Below are positions 1 to 7,511 of a stretch of DNA of 8,870 bases, one piece after another. This stretch comes from a virus (Duplodnaviria > Heunggongvirae > Uroviricota > Caudoviricetes). The notes beneath the pieces are model-generated. The model saw only the letters and a program-made list of their open reading frames with translations. It was not told the origin of the DNA and searched no databases. A program made the translations under genes and the position numbers. The number at the start of each line of letters is the position of its first letter. Positions within the stretch are counted from its first letter, which is position 1. The DNA lies in the IMG/VR virus record IMGVR_UViG_2671180906_000004. One strand, 5' to 3'.

Positions 1-41
1 AGATGGCTGCTTAAAAAAAGAACAAATGGTAGTGTCCGCTA

Positions 42-365
42 TTGCCAGTACACCTCAAACTACTCATTGCCAGATGGGAACTGACCGCAGAACAGGCTGT
101 CGCACAGCAGTTAAAAAATCAGGTGTCAAAAGGAAATCTTATCGATACCGGATTTTGTATTTTTGCCCTTAGTAAGCTGGCGATGGCTTTATCCAGTACG
201 CTTGACTCCATTCCTTTGTCCATGCAACGACAGTTCCCGGATTTAACGCCGCGTCATATTGATCATCTGAAAATCCTTATTGCTAAGGGAGCGAATCAGT
301 GCGCGCGTGCGGGGGATAAATTACCGGATTTACTCGATGAATATATCAGAACAACAACTGAGTAA
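42..365 (+). CDS. nu1: Terminase small subunit (Nu1-like), C-terminal portion only; 5' end not resolvable in this window
   Basis: The ~95 C-terminal residues (GFCIFALSKLA...SIPLSMQRQFPDL..RHID.LK...LLDEYI) resemble the C-terminal half of lambda gpNu1 as I recall it. The frame is open only from nt 33 because of in-frame stops at 12-14 (TAA) and 30-32 (TAG). The ORF track start at 42 is a TTG. It sits immediately upstream of, and overlaps, the large terminase gene as in lambda. Confidence 0.7.
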   Translation: MPVHLKLLIARWELTAEQAVAQQLKNQVSKGNLIDTGFCIFALSKLAMALSSTLDSIPLSMQRQFPDLTPRHIDHLKILIAKGANQCARAGDKLPDLLDEYIRTTTE

Positions 366-2247
366 TATGATGGTGGCAGTCACTATCGCACTGCAGCCAC
401 TGGTCAGGGTATTGCCGGTGACGGCTGTAGAATGGGCCGATCAAAATTATTACCTGCCTAAAGAATCGTCATACGGTGAGGGGGAATGGAAAACGCTGCA
501 GTTTCAGGTCGCCATCATGAACTGCATGGGCAATGACGAGATTCGTACAGTTAACCTGATTAAATCTGCCCGTGTTGGTTATACAAAAATGGTGCTTGGT
601 GTGATCGGGTATTTTATTGAGCACAAATCCCGCAACACTCTTCTTTTTCAGCCGACGGACTCAGCTGCTGAAGATTTTATGAAGTCTCACGTGGAAGCAA
701 CAATTCGTGATGTTCCTTGCCTGAAAAAACTTTCTCCCTGGCTGGGCCGGAAACACCGGGATAATACGCTCACACTGAAGCGTTTTTCCTCTGGTGTGGG
801 GTTCTGGTGTTTGGGTGGTGCTGCTGCCAAAAACTACCGTGAAAAATCTGTCGATGTGGTCTGCTATGACGAACTCTCCTCGTTTGAACCGGATGTGGAA
901 AAAGAAGGTTCGCCAACACTGCTTGGCGATAAACGTATTGAAGGTTCGGTATGGCCAAAATCCATACGCGGTTCAACGCCAAAAATTAAAGGCTCCTGTC
1001 AGATTGAAAAAGCTGCGAATGAATCTGCGCATTTCATGCGGTTTTATGTCCCTTGCCCTCATTGCGGGGAGGAGCAGTATCTGAAGTTTGGCGATGATGC
1101 GACGTCGTTTGGCCTGAAATGGGAGAAGGGTAAACCGGAAACGGTGTATTACCTGTGTGAACATAATGGCTGCGTGATCCGTCAGTCTGAACTTGATCAG
1201 ACCGGGGGGCGCTGGATTTGTGACAATACCGGGATGTGGACGTGTGACGGTCTGACGTTTTTCAGTGCTTCGGGTAATGAAATTCCGCCGCCGCGCTCCA
1301 TCACTTTCCATATATGGACGGCGTACAGTCCGTTCACCACCAGGGTACAGATAGTCTGTGACTGGCTGGATGCACTGAAAGATCCCAACGGCGTGAAAAC
1401 TTTTGTGAACACCACGCTGGGCGAGACCTGGGAAGAGGCCGTGGGCGAAAAACTCGATCACCAGGTACTGATGGATAAGGTTGTGCCTTACACGGCAACG
1501 GTGCCTGTCCGGGTGGTTTATCTGACGGCGGGCATTGACTCGCAGCGAAACCGTTTTGAGATGTATGTCTGGGGGTGGGCTCCGGGAGAGGAAGCCTTTC
1601 TGGTGGATAAAATCATCATCATGGGACGTCCTGATGAGGAAGAGACGCTGTTACGTGTGGATGCGGCGATCAATAAAAAATACCGCCATGCAGACGGTAC
1701 CGAAATGACCATTTCCCGTGTCTGCTGGGATATCGGGGGGATCGATGGCGAAATCGTGTATCAGAGGTCAAAAAAACACGGTATTTTCCGGGTACTGCCG
1801 GTAAAAGGTGCCTCTGTCTATGGCAAGCCGGTGATCACCATGCCGAAAACCCGCAATCAGCGGGGTGTGTATCTGTGTGAGGTGGGGACGGATACCGCAA
1901 AAGAAATTCTCTATGCCCGAATGAAGGCCGATCCCACCCCTGTGAATGAGGCCACATCGTATGCCATCCGCTTTCCTGATAATCCGGAGATTTTTTCGCA
2001 GACAGAGGCACAACAACTGGTGGCGGAGGAACTGGTGGAAAAGTGGGAAAAAGGAAAGATGCGTCTGTTGTGGGATAACAAAAAGCGGCGTAACGAAGCG
2101 CTGGACTGCCTGGTGTATGCCTATGCGGCATTACGTGTGTCCGTGCAACGCTGGCAACTTGATCTGGCTGTGCAGTTGCATCCCGCAAGGATGCAACTGC
2201 ACAACCGACCCTTGAAGAACTGGCAGCGAAGCTGTCCGGAGGAGTGA
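337..2247 (+). CDS. A: Terminase large subunit (gpA-like)
   Basis: Strong similarity along the whole length to lambda gpA as recalled (MNIS..., TAVEWAD.NYYLPKES, KSARVGY.KM, FMRF.V.CPHCGEEQYLKFGD, FVNTTLGETWE, YLTAGIDSQ, RWQLDL). The ATG at 337 gives the MNIS N-terminus with the same 28-residue spacing to TAVEWAD as lambda, so it is preferred over the longer ORF from 280. Overlaps the nu1 3' end by 29 nt. Confidence 0.93.
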   Translation: MNISEQQLSNMMVAVTIALQPLVRVLPVTAVEWADQNYYLPKESSYGEGEWKTLQFQVAIMNCMGNDEIRTVNLIKSARVGYTKMVLGVIGYFIEHKSRNTLLFQPTDSAAEDFMKSHVEATIRDVPCLKKLSPWLGRKHRDNTLTLKRFSSGVGFWCLGGAAAKNYREKSVDVVCYDELSSFEPDVEKEGSPTLLGDKRIEGSVWPKSIRGSTPKIKGSCQIEKAANESAHFMRFYVPCPHCGEEQYLKFGDDATSFGLKWEKGKPETVYYLCEHNGCVIRQSELDQTGGRWICDNTGMWTCDGLTFFSASGNEIPPPRSITFHIWTAYSPFTTRVQIVCDWLDALKDPNGVKTFVNTTLGETWEEAVGEKLDHQVLMDKVVPYTATVPVRVVYLTAGIDSQRNRFEMYVWGWAPGEEAFLVDKIIIMGRPDEEETLLRVDAAINKKYRHADGTEMTISRVCWDIGGIDGEIVYQRSKKHGIFRVLPVKGASVYGKPVITMPKTRNQRGVYLCEVGTDTAKEILYARMKADPTPVNEATSYAIRFPDNPEIFSQTEAQQLVAEELVEKWEKGKMRLLWDNKKRRNEALDCLVYAYAALRVSVQRWQLDLAVQLHPARMQLHNRPLKNWQRSCPEE

Positions 2248-2451
2248 ATGGTTACAGTCGCTGAACTGCAGGCGCTGCGTCAGGCGCGCCTTGATTTATT
2301 AACCGGTAAACGGGTTGTGTCGGTACAGAAAGACGGTCGCAGGATCGAATATACGGCAGCGTCCCTGAATGAGCTTAACCGTGCGATCAACGATGCGGAG
2401 TCGGTTCTGGGTACGACCCGACGCCGCCGACCGCTGGGAGTGAGGTTATGA
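2248..2451 (+). CDS. W: Head-tail joining / head completion protein (gpW-like)
   Basis: 67-aa ORF with the motif LTGKRVVSVQKDGRRIEYTAASL matching lambda gpW ([22 protein letters not shown] as recalled). GGAGGAG at 2238-2244; the ATG directly follows the TGA stop of gene A (TGAATG). Confidence 0.9.
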   Translation: MVTVAELQALRQARLDLLTGKRVVSVQKDGRRIEYTAASLNELNRAINDAESVLGTTRRRRPLGVRL

Positions 2452-4041
2452 AACGAACGCCTGTCCTGATTGATGTGAACGGCGTTCCGCTTCGTGAGAG
2501 TCTCAGCTACAACGGAGGCGGCGCAGGATTTGGCGGGCAAATGGCAGAGTGGTTACCACCGGCGCAGAGTGCCGATGCGGCCCTGTTGCCTGCATTGCGT
2601 CTGGGGAATGCCCGGGCAGATGATCTGGTGCGCAATAACGGTATCGCGGCTAATGCGGTGGCCCTGCATAAGGATCATATCGTCGGGCACATGTTTCTTA
2701 TCAGCTACCGTCTGAACTGGCGTTGGCTGGGGATGCGGGAGACCACGGCAAAAAGTTTTGTCGGGGAGGTGGAAGCAGCCTGGTCGGAATACGCAGAAGG
2801 AATGTTTGGCGAGATCGACGTGGAAGGGAAACGCACGTTTACGGAATTTATCCGTGAAGGGGTGGGCGTGCATGCCTTTAACGGCGAAATCTTTGTGCAG
2901 CCGGTCTGGGATACGGAAACCACGCAGTTATTCCGTACGCGTTTTAAAGCCGTGAGTCCGAAACGGGTGGACACGCCAGGACACGGTATGGGGAACCACT
3001 TTCTGCGGGCCGGGGTTGAGGTCGATCGGTATGGGCGGGCGATTGCGTACCATATCTGTGAGGATGATTTTCCGTTCTCTGGTGCCGGACGCTGGGAGCG
3101 GATCCCGCGTGAGCTTCCCACCGGGCGTCCGGCCATGCTGCATATTTTTGAGCCGGTGGAGGACGGGCAGACCCGTGGGGCTAATCAGTTTTACAGCGTA
3201 ATGGAGCGGATGAAGATGCTGGACTCCCTGCAGGCCACGCAGCTTCAGTCGGCCATTGTGAAGGCGATGTATGCAGCCACAATCGAAAGTGAACTTGATA
3301 CCGAAAAGGCATTTGAATATATCGCGGGGGCACCGCAAGGTCAGCAGGATAATCCGCTTATTAATATTCTGGAGAAGTTCACCCGCTGGTATGACACGAA
3401 TAACGTGACGCTGGGCGGTGTTAAAATTCCGCACCTTTTTTCCTGGCGATGCGCTGAACCTGCAGACAGCGCAGGATTCAGACAATGGATTTTCGGCGCT
3501 TGAACAGGCGCTGCTGCGGTATATTGCAGCCGGTCTTGGCGTTTCCTACGAACAGTTGTCCCGTGATTACTCGAAGGTCAGTTACTCAAGTGCCCGCGCC
3601 TCCGCCAATGAGTCGTGGCGCTATTTTATGGGGCGGCGAAAATTTATTGCGGCCCGGCTGGCCACGCAGATGTTTTCCTGCTGGCTGGAAGAGGCGCTTC
3701 TTCGGGGGATTATTCGTCCGCCACGGGCGCGTTTTGATTTTTACCAGGCGCGTTCAGCCTGGTCACGGGCAGAGTGGATTAGCTCCGGAAGAATGGCCAT
3801 TGACGGGCTCAAGGAGGTCCAGGAATCGGTGATGCGCATTGAGGCCGGACTGAGCACGTATGAGAAAGAACTGGCACTGATGGGCGAAGATTATCAGGAC
3901 ATTTTCCGCCAGCAGGTCAGGGAATCCGCAGAGCGCGAAAAAGCCGGACTCTCACGTCCGGTGTGGATAGCCCAGGCGTATCAGCAGCAGATAGCGGAGA
4001 GTCGCAGGCCGGAAGAGGAGACAACATCACGTGAGACGTAA
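2448..4041 (+). CDS. B: Portal protein (gpB-like), reading frame interrupted at a T6 run (3436-3441), so either a pseudogene or a sequencing indel
   Basis: Two ORFs (2448-3503 and 3418-4041) are together colinear with lambda gpB (NGGGAGFGGQ, ARADDLVRNNG, FEPVEDGQTRGAN.FYSVME.MKMLD, LQTAQD.DNG, LLRYIAAGLGVSYEQLSR, RMAIDGLKEVQE). Removing one T from caccTTTTTTcctggcgat restores ...IPHLF-PGDALNLQTAQD... in a single frame. The ATG overlaps the W stop (ATGA). Confidence 0.85.
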
Positions 4042-5592
4042 TCTTTCACATATTATCGCTGCGGCATTCAATGAGCCGCTGCTTCTGGAGCCCGCCTATG
4101 CGCGGGTTTTCTTTTGCGCGCTCGGGCGTGAGATGGGCGCAGCAAGCCTTTCGGTACCGCAACAGCAGGTACAGCTTGACGCTCCCGGGATGCTGGCTGA
4201 AACGGACGAGTACATGGCCGGAGGCAAACGACCTGCCCGTGTTTACCGGGTGGTGAACGGTATTGCTGTACTGCCGGTGACCGGCACGCTGGTACACCGG
4301 CTGGGTGGCATGCGGCCATTTTCCGGAATGACTGGCTATGACGGCATTGTCGCCTGTCTTCAGCAGGCAATGGCGGACACTCAGGTACGGGGCGTACTGC
4401 TGGACATTGACAGTTCTGGCGGGCAGGCCACCGGCGCGTTTGACTGCGCTGACATGATTTACCGTCTCCGGCAGCTGAAGCCTGTCTGGGCACTGTGCAA
4501 TGACACGGCCTGTTCAGCCGCCATGTTACTGGCATCGGCCTGCTCCCGACGGCTGGTTACCCAGACATCCCGTATCGGCTCCATTGGGGTGATGATGGGC
4601 CATGTCAGCTATGCCGGTCATCTGGCACAGGCCGGTGTGGATATCACGCTGATTTACGCCGGATCGCACAAGGTGGATGGCAATCAGTTTGAATCCCTGC
4701 CAGCAAAGGTTCGCCAGGACATGCAGCAGCGCATTGATGCGGCGCGCCGGATGTTTGCTGAAAAAGTGGCGATGTATACCGGTTTATCTGTGGATGCGGT
4801 TATGGGAACAGAGGCCGCCGTTTTTGAAGGTCAGTCCGGTATTGAGGCCGAACTGGCGGATGAATTAATCAATGCGTCGGACGCCATCAGCGTGATGGCT
4901 GCGACGCTGAACACACACGATACAGGAGGCACTATGCCGCAATTAACTGCAACGGAGGCTGCCGCGCAGGAGAACCAGCGAGTGATGGGGATCCTGACGT
5001 GTCAGGAAGCGAAAGGACGTGAACAACTGGCCACGATGCTGGCAGGGCAACAGGGTATGAGCGTTGAGCAGGCCCGGGCGATTCTGGCCGTGGCGGCACC
5101 GCAACAATCTGGTGTATCTGCGCAGAGTGAAGCCGATCGCATTATGGCATGTGAAGAGGCGAAAGGACGTGAACAACTGGCGGCAACGCTGGCGGCGATG
5201 CCGGAGATGACGGTGGAAAAAGCCCGTCCGATTCTGGCTGCTTCACCGCAGGCGAATGCCGGACCCTCACTTCGTGATCAGATTATGGCCCTGGATGAGG
5301 CAAAAGGGGCAGAGGCGCAGGCTGAAAAACTGGCGGCCTGTCCGGGGATGACCGTGGAGAATGCCCGGGCTGTACTGGCGGGGGGCCCCGGNNNNNNNNN
5401 NNNNNNNNNNNNNNNNNNNNNNNNNNNNNNNNNNNNNNNNNNNNNNNNNNNNNNNNNNNNNNNNNNNNNNNNNNNNNNNNNNNNNNNNAACATTTCATGG
5501 CGAACCATTCACCGGCAGCGGTACAGGGTGGCGTGCCACAGACGTCAGCAGACGGTGATGCGGACGTGAAAATGCTCATGGCCATGCCATGA
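4031..5592 (+). CDS. C: Prohead protease / scaffold (gpC-like, S49/ClpP-like serine peptidase family), interrupted by an assembly gap
   Basis: GTG start at 4031 gives MRRNLSHIIAAAFNEPLLLEPAYARVFFCAL, matching the lambda gpC N-terminus (AFNEPLMLEPAYARVFFCAL as recalled). Conserved core VNGIAVLPV.GTLV, GMTGY.GI, FDCADMI, KPVWAL.ND..CSA..LLASA.SRRLVTQT, GSIGVMM, ITLIY.GSHKVDGN. After the N run the matching C-terminus (...SADGDADVKMLMAMP*) is in a different frame and stops at 5590-5592. Confidence 0.85.
4934..5592 (+). CDS. nu3: Nu3-like scaffolding protein, nested in-frame within the 3' part of gene C (partial because of the gap)
   Basis: In-frame ATG at 4934 preceded by AGGAGG (4924-4929) with a 4-nt spacer, positioned like the internal Nu3 start of lambda. 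The downstream sequence carries the Nu3-like motif IMGIL.C.EA.GRE....LA..PGMTVE.AR.ILA.APQ. Confidence 0.5.
4979..5391 (+). repeat. In-frame tandem coding repeats (at least 3 units of ~47-53 codons) of the Nu3-like scaffold motif, running into the assembly gap
   Basis: Unit starts at about 4979 (RVMGILTCQEAKGREQLATMLA...GMSVEQARAILAVAAPQ), 5138 (RIMACEEAKGREQLAATLAAMPEMTVEKARPILAASPQ) and 5279 (QIMALDEAKGAEAQAEKLAACPGMTVENARAVLAGGP...). A near-identical 26-nt core, ga(a/g)gcgaaaggacgtgaacaactggc, occurs at 5005-5030 and 5157-5182. Confidence 0.8.
5392..5488. other. Assembly gap (run of 97 N)
   Basis: Uninterrupted N run visible in the sequence; the reading frame of the gpC/Nu3 gene differs on the two sides. 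Confidence 0.99.
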
Positions 5593-5628
5593 AGTCAGTG
5601 CTGACCATCAATATGAGGTTTTTACAAT

Positions 5629-5976
5629 ATGGTAACGAAAACCATCACTGAACAGCGTGCGGAAGTACGTATTTTTGCCGGTAATGATCCGGCCCATACC
5701 GCCACAGGCAGCAGCGGGATTTCCTCGGCAACACCGGCTCTGACGCCCCTGATGCTGGATGAGGATACCGGGAAACTGGTGGTCTGGGACGGACAGAAGG
5801 CAGGCCATGTGGTTGGCATACTGGTACTGCCGCTTGAAGGTACAGAGACGGTGCTGACGTATTACAAGTCGGGGACCTTTGCGACGGAGGCCATCCACTG
5901 GCCTGAGAGAGTGGATACACACAAAAAGGCGAATGCCTTTGCCGGCAGTGCCCTGAGTCACGCAGCGCTGCCGTAA
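5629..5976 (+). CDS. D: Head decoration protein (gpD-like)
   Basis: 115-aa ORF with DPAHTAT, TPLMLD, KLVVWDG, VGIL, YYKSGTF, and AFAG near the C-terminus, matching lambda gpD as recalled. GAGG upstream at 5614-5617. Position between C/Nu3 and E as in lambda. Confidence 0.9.
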   Translation: MVTKTITEQRAEVRIFAGNDPAHTATGSSGISSATPALTPLMLDEDTGKLVVWDGQKAGHVVGILVLPLEGTETVLTYYKSGTFATEAIHWPERVDTHKKANAFAGSALSHAALP

Positions 5977-6033
5977 CATTTTATCAGGTCACTGCGGTAG
6001 CCTGACTGATTTCTGAATGAAAGGAACTGATTT

Positions 6034-7062
6034 ATGGGATTGTTTACGACCCGCCAGTTACTCGGTTATACCGAACAAAAAGTTAAATTTCGTGCGCTGT
6101 TTCTGGAGCTGTTTTTCCGCCGTACGGTGAATTTCCATACCGAAGAGGTAATGCTGGACAAAATTACCGGAAAAACGCCGGTGGCGGCCTATGTCTCCCC
6201 GGTTGTTGAAGGAAAGGTGTTGCGTCACCGTGGCGGTGAAACTCGTGTACTGCGCCCGGGCTACGTTAAGCCGAAACACGAATTTAATTACCAGCAGGCG
6301 GTGGAGCGTCTTCCCGGTGAAGATCCGGCCCAGCTGAACGGCCCGGCTTACCGTCGCCTGCGTATCATCACCGATAACCTCAAACAGGAAGAGCACGCCA
6401 TTGTCCAGGTGGAAGAGATGCAGGCGGTGAATGCCGTGCTGTATGGCAAATACACCATGGAAGGAGAGCAGTTTGAAACTGTTGAGGTCGATTTTGGCCG
6501 GTCGGTGGGAAATAACATTACGCAGGCAGGAGGGACGGAGTGGAGCGCTCAGGACCGCGATACCTTTGATCCGACGCATGATCTGGATGCGTACTGTGAT
6601 TTTGCTTCCGGCACCATCAATATTGCCATTATGGATGGTAAGGTCTGGCGTCTGCTGAATGGCTTTAAGCTGTTCCGCGAAAAACTGGATACCCGTCGTG
6701 GCTCAAATTCACAGCTGGAAACGGCAGTGAAAGACCTGGGGGCGGTGGTGTCCTTCAAAGGGTATTATGGTGATCTGGCAATCGTGGTGGCAAAAACGTC
6801 CTATGTGGCAGAGGACGGTACCGAAAAACGTTATCTGCCGGACGGCACACTGGTACTGGGAAATACGGCCGCAGAGGGTATTCGTTGCTACGGTGCCATT
6901 CAGGATGCGCAGGCATTGTCTGAAGGCGTGGTGGCGTCTTCCCGTTATCCGAAACACTGGCTGACCGTGGGTGATCCGGCGCGTGAATTCACCATGACGC
7001 AGTCCGCGCCGCTGATGGTGCTGCCGGATCCGGATGAGTTTGTGGTGGTGCAGGTGAAATAA
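6034..7062 (+). CDS. E: Major capsid protein (gpE-like)
   Basis: 342 aa, the same length class as lambda gpE, with extensive matches (TTRQLL..EQK.KF, LFL.LFF, YVSP.V.G, PGYVKPKHE, RLP.EDP, AIVQVEEMQAV.AVL.GKYTM.GE.F, NNITQ.GGTEWS, KLDTRRGSNS.LETAVKDLG, GNT.A.G.R.YG.IQDA, RYPK.W.T.GDPAREFTM.QSAPLM, DPDEFV.VQ). AAGGA upstream. Confidence 0.95.
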   Translation: MGLFTTRQLLGYTEQKVKFRALFLELFFRRTVNFHTEEVMLDKITGKTPVAAYVSPVVEGKVLRHRGGETRVLRPGYVKPKHEFNYQQAVERLPGEDPAQLNGPAYRRLRIITDNLKQEEHAIVQVEEMQAVNAVLYGKYTMEGEQFETVEVDFGRSVGNNITQAGGTEWSAQDRDTFDPTHDLDAYCDFASGTINIAIMDGKVWRLLNGFKLFREKLDTRRGSNSQLETAVKDLGAVVSFKGYYGDLAIVVAKTSYVAEDGTEKRYLPDGTLVLGNTAAEGIRCYGAIQDAQALSEGVVASSRYPKHWLTVGDPAREFTMTQSAPLMVLPDPDEFVVVQVK

Positions 7063-7067
7063 TCCGT

Positions 7068-7094
7068 GAGCGGGAGCTAAATGCTCCCGTTTTT
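7068..7094 (+). terminator. Terminator-like GC-rich hairpin followed by a T5 run, between capsid gene E and FI
   Basis: Stem cgggagc (7071-7077) pairs with gctcccg (7083-7089) around loop taaat, followed by ttttt (7090-7094). It lies 6 nt after the E stop and ends about 20 nt before the FI start. Confidence 0.5.
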
Positions 7095-7113
7095 CATTCA
7101 ATCAGGAGCGGGT

Positions 7114-7500
7114 ATGGCTACGAAAGAAGAAAACCTGAAACGTCTTTGTGAGCTGGCTGAGAGGCTGGGGCGTGAACCGGATGTCTCCGGTAGTGCGGCA
7201 GATATTGCGCAGCGAGTGGCGGAACTGGAGGAAGAGCTTGGAGATGCGGGGGAGGTCGCAGAGCCGGATACGTACTCACCATCGAAAGATGATCCGACCG
7301 CGCATAAAGGCGAGTCAGTTCCTGAACAGCCAGGCATTGTTACCGGAGACGAAACGGGGCAGGTTACGGTGGTGGCACTGGCGACACTGCATACAAAATG
7401 TAATGGTTCAGTGATATTTGTTTCACCGGGAACGTCGTTTCGTGTTTCTGCTGAGGTGGCTGCCAGCATGGCGGCAGGTGGTCTGGCAAAAAGGCAGTAA
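7114..7500 (+). CDS. FI: DNA packaging protein FI-like
   Basis: ATG at 7114 preceded by AGGAG (7104-7108). N-terminus MATKEENLKRL..LAE.L.R...VSGSAADIAQRVAELEEEL and C-terminal VTVVAL..LHT, V.PGTSFRVSA.VAA.MA..GLA resemble lambda gpFI as recalled. The ORF track start at 7081 lies inside the terminator hairpin and is rejected. Confidence 0.85.
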   Translation: MATKEENLKRLCELAERLGREPDVSGSAADIAQRVAELEEELGDAGEVAEPDTYSPSKDDPTAHKGESVPEQPGIVTGDETGQVTVVALATLHTKCNGSVIFVSPGTSFRVSAEVAASMAAGGLAKRQ

Positions 7501-7511
7501 CAGGAGATGTC

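Noticed and set aside
280-336. Longer N-terminal extension of the large terminase (ORF track start at 280)
   Set aside because: The ATG at 337 yields the MNIS N-terminus and the same spacing to the conserved TAVEWAD motif as lambda gpA. The extension would overlap 86 nt of the small terminase gene.
770-2188. Minus-strand ORFs inside the large terminase gene (770-982, 973-1461, 1197-1415, 1518-1712, 1768-2016, 1835-2188)
   Set aside because: They lie entirely antisense to a strongly conserved + strand gene, have no recognisable ribosome-binding sites or homology, and have compositions typical of antisense frames of GC-rich coding DNA.
3436-3441. Programmed ribosomal frameshift in the portal gene
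   Set aside because: No portal frameshift is known in lambda-like phages, the shift needed is +1 within a plain T run without a recognised shifty-stop context, and a homopolymer indel explains it more simply.
4979-5391. CRISPR-like or non-coding tandem repeat array
   Set aside because: The repeats are in frame, protein-coding, diverged at synonymous and non-synonymous sites, and homologous to a known scaffold motif. There are no spacer-repeat regularities.
5361-5558. ORFs spanning the N run (5361-5558 +, 5278-5508 -, 5283-5585 -)
   Set aside because: They are artefacts of translating Ns as X across the assembly gap.
5983-6006. Possible hairpin in the D-E intergenic region (tcagg ... cctga)
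   Set aside because: Only a 5-bp stem with a 12-nt loop and no T tract, too weak to call a terminator or regulatory structure.
7081-7113. ATG at 7081 as the FI start
   Set aside because: It lies within the terminator-like hairpin and has no ribosome-binding site. The ATG at 7114 has an AGGAG at the correct spacing and gives a lambda-like N-terminus.
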